Shown here one piece after another: positions 11,938 to 26,446 of a stretch of DNA of 64,000 nucleotides. This stretch comes from Octopus sinensis (taxonomy: Eukaryota): positions 73,408,001 to 73,472,000 of the forward strand of contig NC_043006.1 in the NCBI RefSeq assembly GCF_006345805.1, given 5' to 3'. The first letter of the stretch is position 1, and every line of letters begins with the position of its first letter. A program made the position numbers and the translations under genes. Under the pieces are notes generated by a model. That model had not been told where the DNA came from. It made no database searches and worked only from the letters and a program-made list of their open reading frames with translations.

Positions 11938-12285
11938 GGCGCAGGAGTGGCTGTGTGTTAAGTAGCTTGCTTACCAGCCACATGGTTCCAGGTTCAGTCC
12001 GACTGCATGGCACCTTGGGTAAGTGTCTTCTACTATAACCTCGGGCCGACCAAAGCCTTGTGAGTGGATTTGGTAGATGGAAACTGAAATAAGCCCGTCG
12101 TATATATGTATATGTATACATGTGTGTGTGTGTGTTTGTGTGTCTGTGTTTGCCCTCCCCCCACCAATATCGCTTGACAACCGATTCTAGTGTGTTTACG
12201 TCCCCGTAACTTGGCAGTTCAGCAAAAGAGACCGATAGAATAATTACTAGGCCTACAAAGAATAAGTCCTGGGATCGATTTGCTC
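11938..12285 (+). mobile_element. SINE family A
   Basis: Colinear with 8608-9048. Confidence 0.88.
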
Positions 12286-12289
12286 AAAT

Positions 12290-12705
12290 TATGGCACAAA
12301 GTCAGCAATTTTAGAGGAGATGGGGACAGTCGACTACAATTGCCTCAGTGCTTAACTACTACTCGAAAGAGTGAACAGTGAAGTCGACCTCGGCAGGATT
12401 TGAACTCAAAACGTAAAGAACTGGATTAAATACCGCTGAGCATTTTGCGCGACACGCTAACAATTCTGCCAGCTTACTATCTTACGATATTCTACTCTAG
12501 GCACAAGGCCCGACATTTTGGGGGAGGGAGACAGTCGATTAAATCGACCCCAGTATTCAGCTAGTACTTAATTTATCGACCCCCAAAAGGATGAAAGGCA
12601 AAGTCGACCTAGGCGGGATTTGAATTCTGAACGTAGAGAACCAGATATATATGCTGCTAGAGCATTTTGCGCGACGCGCTAACAATTCTGCCAGCTCACC
12701 ATCTT
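12290..12705 (-). mobile_element. Two tandem SINE family B-related copies (alternative AGGCACAAGGCCCG tail)
   Basis: AAAGTCGACCT(C/A)GGC..GATTTGAA and GCATTTTGCGCGAC..CTAACAATTCTGCCAGCT each occur twice. Confidence 0.75.
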
Positions 12706-13073
12706 AAGATGTTGAATTATGAATAGATTGTATATACTGAGCGATTTATAGACTCATATCGATTTTCATGTTTGGAACTTTTCAGTGTTTTCACACATTC
12801 ATTTTCCCAGTTGTCATTTAATAAATATGGTCTTTTTTTGTTTATGAAACAGAAAATTACTTCAAAAGTTAAAATAAAATACATTGATTTGCCTTTCAAA
12901 AACTTGTTACCAGTTATTTTTCTGTACATCTTAACACAATGTTTCTAACATATATTTTACCAAAGCAAGTTTACTAATACTTCTGTATGCACGTATGTAC
13001 GCATGCCTATCTCCCCTCTCTCTTTCTTCCCCTCTCTTTCTCCCCCACCTCTCTCTCTCTCCATATATCTGTG

Positions 13074-13126
<53 letters not shown>

Positions 13127-13317
13127 TATATATATAAATATACACACATATGATTGTATATGAACAAACATATGTACACGCATATTTATTTATATATGTA
13201 AATATATGTAAGTATGTATTTCTATGACTATATTTGCATACACGCAAATATACATTCTTTGACTTGGAAAGGTAATATTTCTCTCTCTTCTCTCTCTCTC
13301 TCCTCTCTCTCTCTCTC

Positions 13318-13365
<48 letters not shown>

Positions 13366-13626
13366 ATATATATATATATTATATATTATATATATATATA
13401 TAGTGGGGTGAAATAAATATTCATACATGTCAAAATTCTTTATTTATTTAATTTCTAATGAACATAAATGGGATATACCAATACTATATTTGCATACACA
13501 TGCATAAACTAAGAATATGCAAAAGAAACTAATAAATTATTGTAACTAAGGAATTTATATTCAATTATAAATATTTAGGGATGAAAAAAGTATTCGTACA
13601 GAACATAACTAACTGATAATTCTGAT

Positions 13627-14604
13627 TTAATACTTCGTAGCATAACCATTATTCAGTTCCACTTCAACCAATCTTTTCTTGAAGATCTTAATCAATGACT
13701 CGCATGTTTCTTTAGGAACTTTTTCCCATTCTTCTTTACAAATTTTCTTCAAATCTGCAATGCACGTTGGGGCTCTTGAATGAATTTTAATTTTCAAATA
13801 GCACCACAAATTTTCAATGGGGTTCAAGTCAGGTGATTGGCTTGGCCATTCTAATCCTTTTATATTGTGATCGATAATCCATTTTTTGGTAGACTTCGCC
13901 GTATGCTTAGGGTCGTTATCCTGTTGTAAAAACCACATTCACAAAGCTGGAGTCCCATAAAATATTGTTCAAAATATTTTGGTACATATCTGCATTCATT
14001 TTACAATCTATCACATGTAAATTGTCAGTACCATTTGCAGAGAAGCACCCCCACACCATGATGTTACCACCTCCAAACTTTACGGTAGATGCGGTACCAT
14101 CTTTCCTCCAAACATGGCTACATGAATTTCGTCTAAACAATTCAATTTTCAACTCCCTTGTCCATAGAACATTTTCCCAGAATGTATCAAATTTATCTTT
14201 ATGTTCATAAACAAATTTTAAACGGGCATCTCTATGCATTTTAGTCAACAGAGGAGTTTTTATAGGAGAGTGTGACTTCAGTTCATTGCTGATTGTTTGT
14301 AGTGTAACACTAGTCCCTGAAGCTAACAAATCTTCTTGCAACTCCTTTCTGGTGATCATTGCGTTTTTTTTTCGACTCTTCACTTCATTTTTCTTAAAGA
14401 TCTAGGAGAAATCTTGTGTGGTGCACCGGATCTTATTCTATTTTCAACAGTTACCCGATTTTTTTATATCTTTGAATAAATGAAGATATGGTAGAAAATG
14501 GAATACAAAGGGGTCTCTGATATTTTCCTGTAACTTTTACCTGCTTTCCACTGTTCAATAATTAAGTTTTCCACTGTATTTGTGAGTTCTTTACTTTTCG
14601 CCGT
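13627..14604 (-). pseudogene. Tc1 transposase (DD34E), frameshifted
   Basis: [24 protein letters not shown] with 34 residues between D and E; [13 protein letters not shown]; first Asp motif degraded (WTRELK); start codon appears as ACG. Confidence 0.92.
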
Positions 14605-14810
14605 TATTACGATACTACTTTATGTTGTCTCAGTGCTGAATGAAGAAGCTAGTGTTTTGACACTTAAAAATGACAACTGATAAGATTATTGGAACAAACG
14701 AGAAAGCTCTAGTAAAAAAATTATTTCAACAGTATTTTATGGCATAGAAAATCATAAATTTATTCCTACGAATACTTTTTTCACCCCTAAATATTTATAA
14801 TTGAATATAA

Positions 14811-15168
14811 GTGTGGAAGCACTCCGTCGTTTACGACGATGAGGGTTCCGGTTGATACGAATCAACGGAACAGCCTGCTCGTGAAATTAACGTGTAAGTG
14901 GCTGAGCACTCCACAGACACGTGTACCCTTAATGTAGTTCTCGGGGATATTCAGCGCGACACAGAGAGTGAAATACAGGTACAACAGAAACAGGAAGTAA
15001 GAGTGAGAGAAAGAGTACAGCAGGGATCACCACCATCCCTGCCGGAGCCTCGTGGAGCTTTAGGTGTTTTCGCTCAATAAACACTCACAACGCCCGGTCT
15101 GGGAATCGAAACCGCGATCTTATGACCGCGAGTCCGCTGCCCTAACCACTGGGCCATTGCGCCTCCAC
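14811..15168 (-). mobile_element. SINE family C inserted in the Tc1 right TIR, 12-bp TSD
   Basis: AATTGAATATAA at 14799-14810 and 15169-15180. Confidence 0.92.
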
Positions 15169-15599
15169 AATTGAATATAAATTCCTTACTTACTATAATT
15201 TATCAGTTTCTTTTGCATATTCTTAGTTTATGCGTGTGTATGCAAATATAGTATTGGTATATCCCATTTATGTACATTAGAAATTGAATAAATAAAGAAT
15301 TTTGACATGTATGAATATTTATTCCCTCCCCCCACTGTATATATATATATCTGTATACATTGTTATATCTAGGGTGAGTCAGCTATTTCAGAACATAACT
15401 TTTAAGAACGTTAAGTGGCTCAAATTTAAATATCCTCTAATTTTTGAACCCCAACATGGAAGCTTCGAATCTAAGGCAGACGATAAAAAAAAAGCATGCC
15501 GTTCTTGATGCCTTAGTTGCCAAAAAATTGATTCTGAGACTGCAACCTTGTAAATGTCGCATGATCCTACGCGTTTAAAAAAGATTAGAAAAGAGCTCC

Positions 15600-16830
15600 T
15601 AACATCTGGCATGAATGTACCTACCTTCCGTGGTCGAAAGAAAAGAAACATTCTCAACGGTCAGTCATTGTCAGAGTAGTTGTGTTTGTGAAGCAAGGCC
15701 AGAGCATCATCCCGACAAGTCAATGAGCGCCATTATCAACCGTCGGATTCAACAATTAGACGTGCGGTGCACGAAGATATCAGGCACGAATCCTATGTTA
15801 TAAGAAGAGGGTAGCTTAAGTCCGATAAAATACAAGAGAAACGTACGATTCGGCTGAAGCGCTTGCTGAATAAACTCGGGCATCCCGAGGAGCCCGACAT
15901 GCTCTGGTTCTTCTCAGATGAAAAGAATTTTGAACAAGATAATAAAGTGGACAGGAGGAATGGCAGATGGCTCTAAACCAGCCCCACTTAAATTATAACT
16001 GTTATGCACACCGTGTTCCCATCGTTTGTGATGGTCTGGGAGGGGATCGTGAACGATAAGGGCCATGTCATGCCTTCTTACTTTGCCCGCAAGGTCTTTG
16101 AGTCAATGCAGCTGTCTGCATCGAGACAAAGGAGACAATTATCAAGCTCTGGATCGAGGAAGTAGGAGTGGCTGTGTGGTAAGTAGCTTGCTAACGAACC
16201 ACATGGTTCCGGGTTAAGTCCCACTGCGTGGCACCTTGGGCAAGTGTGTCTTCTACTATAGCCTCAGGCCGACGGAGACTGAAAGAAGCCCGTCGTATAT
16301 ATGTATATATATATATATATATGTATATGTATGTGTGAGTGTATATGTTTGTGTGTCTGTGTTTGTCCCCCCAACATCGCTTGACAACCGATGCTGGTGT
16401 GTTTACGTCCCTGTAACTTAGCGGTTCGGCAAAAGAGACTGATAAAATAAGTACTAGGCTTACAAAGAATAAGTCCTTGGGTCGATTTGCTCGACTAAAG
16501 GCGGTGCTCCAGCATGGCTGCAGTCAAATGACTGAAACGAGTAAAAGAGAGGCGGCCGTATTAGCTCAAAAAAACTTTGCTTTCACAACCCAGGAGTGGA
16601 GAACCGAAAATATTTTGATGATAATCTAACATTTGGCTTCTTAGCTCTTTTGATTTAAATCCCACCCACTAAGCTATTACGTCTGGGGAATAGTTGGGAG
16701 GGAGACCAATAAACATTCCCACAGTACCAAGGGCTGCAGTTGGGGACGTTATGGCCAACATGAATAAAGTTTACCTGATCGAGGTGGTAATTGTGGCTGA
16801 TGGCTGTTTTATTGAAAAGTATTTTGGTAT
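15600..16830 (+). pseudogene. Decayed maT-type (DD37D-like) mariner transposase, interrupted by a SINE
   Basis: Hand translation gives WFFSDEKNF..RRNGRW and YYVWGIV..RETNKH remnants with many stops and frameshifts. Confidence 0.7.
16164..16550 (+). mobile_element. SINE family A inside the mariner
   Basis: Colinear with 8608-9048. Confidence 0.88.
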
Positions 16831-17943
16831 GTGTTTGTAAGAATATGTGTACCAAATTATAAAAAAAAATATATAGGTGGCTATTCGATGAATAGAAATC
16901 AATGAAACTTCCTACTCGAACGAAATTCCGGGACCGCTAGAATAATCTAAACCCTTGAATGCGATGCCTCAGCAGTTATCATTTGTCTTCAGCCTAGCAT
17001 TGAATGAGCAGATCTATAATAATATGAATTTCAGTCATGATAATCTTGTTTTTTTTTCTTCAGATACAGAATGCCTGAGCCAACATCATTTAATGTGTTC
17101 TTTCTTAAATCGAAGTGTGATTTCAGAAAGATAGTACTAGTTCTAGAAAATCGGACGACTGTTCAAACACTCCTTTACTGACTCAAAAACGTATTTGATA
17201 AAATTTCCTGTTTACGTTGGTAACGGCTTGTGGCGTAGCATCAAAAAAATTATGATAGTGATTTCACTACTGTAATGTTTAAATGTTTTTCACGAGGGAA
17301 TTTCATTCAGAGTGAAGTTCTGTTTGGTAAGGATGAAAGCGGTATCTACTACGCAGTAGAATTATTCTAAGATACCTCATAAAAAGAGAGAAAAATGCGG
17401 ACTATTTCCGCATTTTTTTTGCAGAGGGAAAGGAAAACATTACGTGAATGATACAAACATACTAGATTAATTATTAGAAAAATGTCAGACTTCATTGCTA
17501 ATTACGAAGTACGAAGGCGTTTATTTCTAACTAAGCTGCCTTTTGCTGTTGTTCAGAGATAGAAGCTGGTTACGTAGAAGAGTCATTCCAATGCAAAATA
17601 GAAGCTGATTTTGTTTTGATCTAGATTTCATCTTTGTCCAAACAAATTTTATCATTCTCAGTGAACTTGCCCCAGAATTAAAACAGAAAATAAACCAACA
17701 TAAGATTACTGAACGCGTTCAGCTTGGTGGGCGAAAGTATCTTCTTCAAAAACTTTAATAATATATATAGTCTTTAATAATATAAATATTATCCGTGTTA
17801 TTAAACCATGAGATGTAGACATATATAGAAACGTGCGTCAGAAGTTGATACAGAAAGCAAAATTATATAACACTTGACTTTGCGTCTTAGATTCTTAGAC
17901 TTGTCGAAGGCCATTCCCCTCCAGAATTGATTACAGCTGAATT

Positions 17944-17997
<54 letters not shown>

Positions 17998-18452
17998 GGA
18001 GAGAGAGGGAGGGGGAGAGAAACTATGCTCAGTAAAGAATTGGTACTTTATTGCTTTCGAAATGGTGAAAGGCAAGTTCGATGTTGGCGGAATTTGAACT
18101 TGGAGCCCAGAGAACCAAAGTAAAAGGCATAAAATACTGTATTTAACAAATAATATATAACTTTAGTTAGATTTGAACTTTCAATTATATATATGTATAT
18201 ACAAATTAATATCCAGAAATAGGAGAAATGAAGAAGTATAATTTATTAACTGCAAAGCTTCAACATGTTCCCTTACAGCTGTTTCGATATTGCCCATGAA
18301 TAAATGTGGGTGTATATGTATATATATATACACATAAATACATACACAAATTCACACGCACGCACGCACGCACACATACACTAACACACACTAATACACA
18401 CTCACACACGCACGCACACACATATACATTCGTATACATATATATTTATACC

Positions 18453-18683
18453 TATTTCTTTATTACCCACAAGGGGCTAAACACAGAGGGGGCAAACAAG
18501 GACAGACATAGGTATTAAGTCGATTACATCGACCCCAGTGCGTAACTGGTACTTAATTTATTGACCCTGAAAGGATGAAAGGCAAAGTCGACCTCGGCGG
18601 AATTTGAACTCACAACGTAACGGCAGACGAAATACCGCTAAGCATTTCGCCCGGCGTGCTAACGTTTCTGCCAGCTCGCCGCC
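18453..18683 (-). mobile_element. SINE family B, full length
   Basis: Near-identical to 2363-2594. Confidence 0.9.
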
Positions 18684-18734
18684 TTGTATACATATATATT
18701 TATACCATTTACTAATGTTAGTTGAAAGCAATGT

Positions 18735-18925
18735 GGCGAGCTGGCTGAATCGTTAGCTCGCTGGGCGAAAGTGGCGTCTTGTCGATCTGCGTTTAAATTC
18801 TGCCGAGGCCAACTTTTCCTTTCATCCCTCTCGGTCTCATTAGAATAAATACCATCTAATCACTGGGCTCGATGTAATCGACTAATCTCTCTCCCGAAAT
18901 TACTGGCCCCTATGCCAAACTTTGA
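18735..18925 (+). mobile_element. SINE family B-related, diverged
   Basis: GGCGAGCTGGCTGAATCGTTAGC head and TTTCATCC..GATGTAATCGACT body. Confidence 0.7.
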
Positions 18926-19775
18926 AACTAATCTGACTTGAAAACAATGATTATCGGCAAATTTCTTGGACTCTAAATTTTTGTAAAACTAACCCCTTCA
19001 GTATATTGTTATATTTCGGAATGGTCATTTCACTTTTCTTGCCAAATAAACACACACTAAATATTTGTTCTTCACCCGTTTATTGTTGCTGTTATTTTAT
19101 CTTATGTCAATTGTCTGGAAATCTTTCGCTACACATCGGTGACCTCTTCAGCGACTCTTCCACCCACGTATATCCTCGTTCTGTTTAGTCCATTCTCTTA
19201 GTCTTTATTTAGCAAGGAAAAAATGCCCATCGTGAAATATAACAATATCTGTTTCAACACACGATTTCACATCAGGAATGTTGCAAAGCAAATTCACAAC
19301 CACATCTTTTAATTATTTTGAAAACAATTGAGAAAGGAATCTAGCCTACACATGTACCTAATCATAATAATAGCTTCTAGCTACTATAAATTATAAGAAA
19401 TTACATTATCCACAGTTATTGAGTTATTATTCTTTATATTAGCATCAATTGCTTTTCTAAACTCACAATATATATATATTATATATATATATTATATATA
19501 TATATATATACATACGTATATGTATGCATACACACACACATATATATCTATACACACATACACACACATATATGTATATATTTATAATTAATTATAAATA
19601 AAGGAAAAAGAAAACAAAAATTCTATTTTTTCTTATGCTCTCATCTCATATATGCATGTATATATATATATATATATGCATGAGTATGTACATGTGTATA
19701 TATATGTGTGTATATATATACATATATAAAATTAAAGTGTTATTATCATTAATAATAATAATAATAATAATAATG

Positions 19776-19823
<48 letters not shown>

Positions 19824-20032
19824 TTAAGAATAATATCGCTGTGAAAGCAACATCCATTCATGAATTTATTTATTTATTAATTTTTTAAATACATATTTTA
19901 CTTGTGAATTTGCGTGTGTAATCTGGGAATACAGACAATGAGATACTCTGCCTTAGGTGTACGGAAAACACTCGGCGAGAAACGGAAGAAAATTTGAAGA
20001 AAGAAGGAAAATAGGTATAGTAGTAGTAGTAA

Positions 20033-20073
<41 letters not shown>

Positions 20074-20501
20074 ATGATAAAGTGGCTAGCCAGTTTAACC
20101 AATATAGGTAAAATATACAATTAATAACGTAGTGTACCAGAATACCACTTGCTAGAAAGAGGAGCAAACACACCAAAACCACAAATTTCTCACTATTAAT
20201 ACACACGCACAGTGAATGCAACGAATATAATAAAATATGCTTACCTTGTATAAACTACAAAGCAAGAAACAGATATTTTGGTATCGATTAGTTTCACTTT
20301 TTGTACCTTTACTCAAAGATCGTCAGTCACGCTCACTGCATTCATCTATTTTTCAAAATATTCATCACATTACACCAATGCGCGTTTGTTCATCTGAATG
20401 TCCCCGCGACATTCAAAAGCGAACATTATGTGAGTCAGTACAATATAACATTAAATAAAGTATTATTACCATTAATAATATTAATAATGATAATAATAAT
20501 A

Positions 20502-20547
<46 letters not shown>

Positions 20548-20548
20548 C

Positions 20549-20595
<47 letters not shown>

Positions 20596-20868
20596 CCTTC
20601 ATATCCTACGCAAAATACTCTCTATGTAATCCCAAGGTTTAAAACAAACTTTTATTTATTTATTTTATTTTATTTTTTATTTATTTAAAAAAAAAATTTT
20701 ATGTATTAGACATTCACTAGTACAACACCAAACCCCCCCCCCAGATATATGGCACAGAACTTCCAACCTGTTGTCTCTTGAGGTCTCTGGGTGAGACTTG
20801 GAGCCAACTTGTACAGACATAAAGCAAAAGTCAAACATAGAATAATAATAATAATGATGATAATAATA

Positions 20869-20918
<50 letters not shown>

Positions 20919-20929
20919 AATAATAATGC

Positions 20930-21468
20930 CCTGATACAGTACCAGGCAGTGGCTCTCATCGCTTCTGACCGTAACTGATTGGAAGTGTTATCATGTACAT
21001 TGTTTTGTCTTGGTATAAAAGATGGGATACAGCAAATATTCTGCTCAATACCACAGATTTGCTTGTCAGTTGTTTGACCTTAACCAGTTGAGGATGTCCC
21101 TTAGTGGCTGACGATATGTGCATCTCTGATCACGAGCAGAAGCAGTGAGGGAGCATCATAATCATGTGCTGAGAAGAATTCTTTGGGGTTTGAATAATTC
21201 ACCTCTGGAAACATGGGTGTTTCGTTCAACATCCTTAAACAACTCTTATTCAGGGACCTTTTGAGTGGGTCCAGAAGAAAATTCTAACTGGGCCCTACCT
21301 GCAAGGTCATGTGCTGTTTATCTTGATATAAGATCACTGTCTCGTGCACATATGGTTGCGATGCATGTGCCTAGCGTACTCTTATCAGATGGGTAGCCAT
21401 GATGGGTATACTGGGCTTCGTATATTTTACCCCAGTGTCACTTTGATGGCATGAACTGCTCTCTCGTC

Positions 21469-21470
<2 letters not shown>
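20930..21470. repeat. Interspersed repeat (probable SINE or LINE 3' piece) between (AAT)/(GAT) arrays
   Basis: Mid-GC block bounded by microsatellites; no second copy in the window, so the class is inferred. Confidence 0.45.
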
Positions 21471-21499
<29 letters not shown>

Positions 21500-21520
21500 T
21501 AATAATAATAATAATAATAA

Positions 21521-24500
21521 GACCGGGGACGTTTAAGATATAAGAAGGAAAATACAGAGCTCCGAAATCTATCCACAAACATCGAAAACAAGGACATCCT
21601 ATGGAGCCAAAGATTTACTAACAAAGAATTGGACTGTATCCGAGTAAGTAATACTAATTGAAATTTATTACTATTTTCGAAACGAAATGATGTATTTTGA
21701 CTCGATATTATCTCCACCTCTAACACAACACATGTAAACATGCGTGGAACATCGCGATCATCCTCGACCTCAAACACCGTGTACAAAGGAACTACGAAGA
21801 AATTAAATGCCACCGATACTATTCAACCCAAGAATAACAATCGAGCGGTACGTACATTAAACTTACAACAAAAAATTTACGAAAAACTACACGTGCGAAA
21901 TAATGTGACAACAGAAATAAACAGACCGGTACCCTACGAAAATGACAACCGTCAAAATAATGGGCCGGACGTTGTACCTCATGTCCCGCAAATAAAACCC
22001 AAAAGACGTAAATGGACACGTGAGGAATACATTTCTATCTTACACGCATACTTCACAGCAATGCTCTACCCAAAAAATGAAAATACAACAACACATACAT
22101 ATAAATATGGAAGGAAAATAATAGAGATATAGACTTGGATACAGCAATGAACCCTAAAAATTAGCTAACGTATGAAGATACATTCTCAAAGCCAAAAAAA
22201 TATCAGAAATAGAAATAGAACATTTAAAAGAAAAAATACACCAGGAAAATGTAGATAGAAGCCACACAACAATGCCCATAATATAACACTGAAACTGTAA
22301 AACACGAAGACAAACGCAACATTCCCAACAAACACGATGTAAACAACGAAGGGGAGCCTAATGATTATGATAATATAAAAAATAAAATAATCAAAGAACT
22401 GAAAACCACAGAACCCAAAATGGACCACCGACCATACCTCCCAGAAGAATAAAATAAACGAATAACAACACCAATTATAAACAGCATAAACCTAGCCGTC
22501 ACTGAACTAGCCACTGAAACAAAAAAAGTGATATCACTGAACTAAATGACTTGATATACGCAGCAGCCACTGCAGCCACAAAAGAAGCTGGATACTCACC
22601 AAACCCGCCCAAACAGGAGTACCACCACCCAAACAAACCCTGTGGATAAATAACATCCAAAACAAAAAAAAATTAGAAAAGACCTGTCGATTCTTAATGA
22701 AATCAGCAAACAATCAACGCTACTGAGCACAAAAAGAGAACACAAATGCTCCGCAAATATAACATCACAGAAAAACTTTGCCGGAGATAAAAGAAAAGCT
22801 GAAGCAAGATATCCTTGCCAAAGCTCAAGGATCCGCCGGTACGAGAACCGCCAACGCTTCTTTGAACAGACAAAAAGTTCAACTCCAACCCCAAAAAGTT
22901 CTACCAAGAACTGGGAAAAAATAAAATAGAAGTCACTGCAGCTCCAACGGCAGAAAATTGGAAGAATTCTGGAGAGAAATATGGTCGGCGAACGAACAGC
23001 CAAAAAAAAGGAGTATCAAAATAACAAACTCGGCATCTGAACAACTTTGGACCCCCATAACAACTGAAGAGGTCACCCAGGCACTGCAAAAACTAAGCAA
23101 CTGGAAGGCACCTGGGCATGACAAGATCCCCAACTTCTGGTTGAAATATCTAACAGGAATGCACAAAAAGCTGGCTGAAAACTTTAACAGCATACTAGCA
23201 GAGCCAGAGACAATGCCTGAATGGCTCACGAAGGGTAAAAACCATCTTAATCCAAATCAATGAAAACAGCAAAACCAGAAAACTACAGACCAATAACCTG
23301 CCTCCCTACTATGTTCAAGGCATTTACTGCAGTGATATCGCAAAGGCTGAACAAGCACCTGGACGAAAACAAACTGTTCCCAGAAGAGCAGAAAGGATGC
23401 CGCAAAAGCTCATATGGCTGTAAAGATCAACTAATGATTAATAAAGCCGTAACTGAAGACAGCCACAAAAGAAAAAAGGCCTCAGTATGGCCTGGATTGA
23501 CTACAAAAGGCATTTGATAGCATCCCCCACACATGGATCCTCGAAACACTAGCCATTAACAAAGTAGCACCAACAATCATAAAATTCATAAAGCACTCTA
23601 TGAATAAATGGCAAACAGTCCTACACCTCCAAACAAAAGAGGGACTCATGAAACCAAAGACATCCCCATTAGAAGAGGAATATTCCAGGGAGACACGCTC
23701 TCTCCACTCCTTTTCTGCTTGGCACTGTCACCTCTATCTGATATGCTAAATAGAACTGGATGCGGATATAAATGTTACGGCAAAAAGATCAGCCACCTTT
23801 TATATATGGATGACCTAAAACTATACGCTGCAAATGACAAACAGCTGGAAACACTATTAAAGACAGTTCATGGATTTACCAAGAAATAGATATGAAATTT
23901 GGATTAGAAAAATGCGCCAAAGTAACCATGAAAAGAGGAAAACTAGTTAAGAGTAACAACATCACACTAGATAAAACCAATGAAATAAAAGAATTAGACC
24001 AAAGCCAAACTTACAAATACTTAGGAATCCATGAACTAGATAAGACACAACACCACAAATGAAAGAGAAAATAAAAAAAGAATATTATAGACGAGTTAGA
24101 TCAATACTAAAAACAGAGCTCAATGCTAAAAGCAAGATAATAGGTATCAACACTTTAGCTGTCCCAGTTATAAGTTACAGCTACAATATCCTTAACTGGA
24201 CACGAAATGAACTGTCCAAATAGATAGGAAACACAAGAAAAATAATGACAGGATCTAGGATGCATCACCAAAATCTGACATAGAAAGACTATATATATAC
24301 AACGTATAGAAGGTGGTAGAGGCCTTATACAGCTGGAAAACTACTATAAAATAACCACCATAGGACTGCAAAAATACCTACTTCAGAAGGAAGGAAAACT
24401 GATCCAGATAGCAGCAAAACACGAGCAAAACACAAAACTGTTCTCAGTATTTAAGGAAGCTGACAAATACAAACAAGAAATCATACCACCTAATAAACAC

Positions 24501-25456
24501 AAGAAGAAGAAGATGATGAAGAAACAACAAAAGCTATAAAACAAATGAAATCCAAACTAAAAATAGAACAGCAACGAACCATGATAAAACGATGGCAAGA
24601 AAAGCCCCTTCATGGTAAATACTGGACTAAACTAAACGCAAAAGAAATAGACAAAGAAAAATCCCAGCAATGGTTGAGAAGCTCAGGACTCAAAGCAGAA
24701 ACAGAGGGATTTTTAATTGCAGCACAAGACCAAAGCCTCCCCACCAGAAATTACCAAAAACATGTAATGAAAAGAAACATTACAAGTAACTGCAGAATAT
24801 GTGGAGATGGACAAGAAACAATAAATCATATTATCTCTAGCTGCCCAGTCCTGGCTAAGAAGGAATATATTCACAGACATGACAGAGTTGGAACCTACAT
24901 ACATTGGAAGCTATGCCAAAATTATGGAATAACAACAGAAAAAATATGGTATAGGCACACACCAGAAAAGGTTACAGAAAACGAGAAAGCAACCATACTC
25001 TGGGATATGCCGATACACACAGATAGAGAAATTAAGGCCAACAGACCAGATATAGTTGTCAGAGATCATGAAGAAAAAAAATGCTTTCTAATTGATGTAT
25101 CAATACCGGCAGATGACAACGTGTCTCTAAAAGAAATGGAGAAATTCTCAAAATACAAAGACCTGGAAATAGAGGTAACTAGAATGTGGAATCTGAAAAC
25201 AGAAACAATTCCTATCATAGTAGGTGCATTAGGCATGATAAAAAATATTCAGACAATACATAACAAAAACATCAGGACTTACAAACACATATAACATACA
25301 GAAAATTGCAATACTAGGCACTGCACACATCCTACGCAGAACACTTTCCATACAATAACCATCAGAGCATCACAACAAATCACAGCACATACCCAAGGCA
25401 CACAGAGCTGCGCTCGGTAGTGAAGTGAAAGCACGCTATAAAAATAAAACTACTGA

Positions 25457-25457
<1 letters not shown>
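21521..25457 (+). mobile_element. R4/Dong-clade non-LTR retrotransposon (RT + CCHC + restriction-like endonuclease) inserted in (TAA)n
   Basis: (AAT)n directly at both ends (21470-21520, 25458-25510); domain order RT, CCHC, PD..D. Confidence 0.88.
21740..25358 (+). pseudogene. Single-ORF RT-RLE polyprotein, frameshifted
   Basis: NWKAPGHD, NYRPITCL, EQKGCR, RGIFQGDTLSPLLF, YMDDLKLY; CRIC..ETINHIISSC; NRPDIVV..FLIDV; N-terminal RRKWTREE. Confidence 0.92.
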
Positions 25458-25493
<36 letters not shown>

Positions 25494-25635
25494 GAATAAT
25501 GATAATAAAATGACCAACAAGTTTAACCTATATAGGTAAAATATACAAATAAGTGCATGTTTATTAACAGTAAGAAATTTGGAGTGTTAGCTCCTCTTTC
25601 TAGCAAGTGGCATTCTGGTGCCCTACTTATATATG

Positions 25636-25739
<104 letters not shown>

Positions 25740-26446
25740 GTGTGTGTGTGTGGTGTGTGTTATATGCATGTATATATGTATATGTATATCTATCTCTCTA
25801 TCTATACGCCTGTCTGTCTGTCTGTCTGTCTGTATTTATATATGTCTGGACAGGACGTCTTATACTACGCTTCCTCAGTTTACCTAAGTATCAAGTGTAA
25901 TTAAGGGATGTTCTAGGGAAATATTTAATAATGTGAAGCGTACATACAATAAGAGATGTCTATCATCACGAAAAGATAAGGCCATAAAATTGAATAATAA
26001 CCTATTCATGTTTTCCTTATAACACATTTTAATAGCTGTAAGCTTTGCAGCTGATTCTACAGTTAACCTAGCGGTGTGTTTTATTTCGTTATAACTCCCT
26101 CTCATTTTACTTATTTCTATCATAGCGTCTTTTTTTTACCATCTCTTTTTCGCCATTCTATTCATTTGTCCGTTCTTTTGCCCGATTGCAGTCATTGGAC
26201 TGTGGCCATGCAGCGAGACTGATACCTGCTTCTAGGGTTTTTAATTTCTGTACAATTTCACTCTGGCATTTATGCATATTTTATCGGTATTTATTTAGTG
26301 AATAATCAGATTAATCTTATAACACGAACCCCGTTCCTTACTCTGGTTGTCTAATTCAGATATATACCCGAATACATACATACATACATTTTTTATACGT
26401 ATTCTATTTTTAGTTTTATACACTTACACACAAGCATATATATATA

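Larger units (their letters stand above)
13401..15337 (-). mobile_element. Tc1-family DNA transposon with ~200-bp IR/DR-type terminal inverted repeats
   Basis: Left TIR 13401-13600; right TIR 14765-14810 + 15169-15337; (C/T)AGTGGGG termini flanked by TA; inner repeat GGG(G/A)TGAAAAAAGTATTCGTA resembles the outer end. Confidence 0.9.

Noticed and set aside
17391-17417. Perfect 11-bp hairpin followed by a T run (intrinsic-terminator-like)
   Set aside because: Eukaryotic context, no upstream gene, and the arms are largely A/T runs
21108-21150. CTGACGA heptamer
   Set aside because: No stem II or GAAA follows
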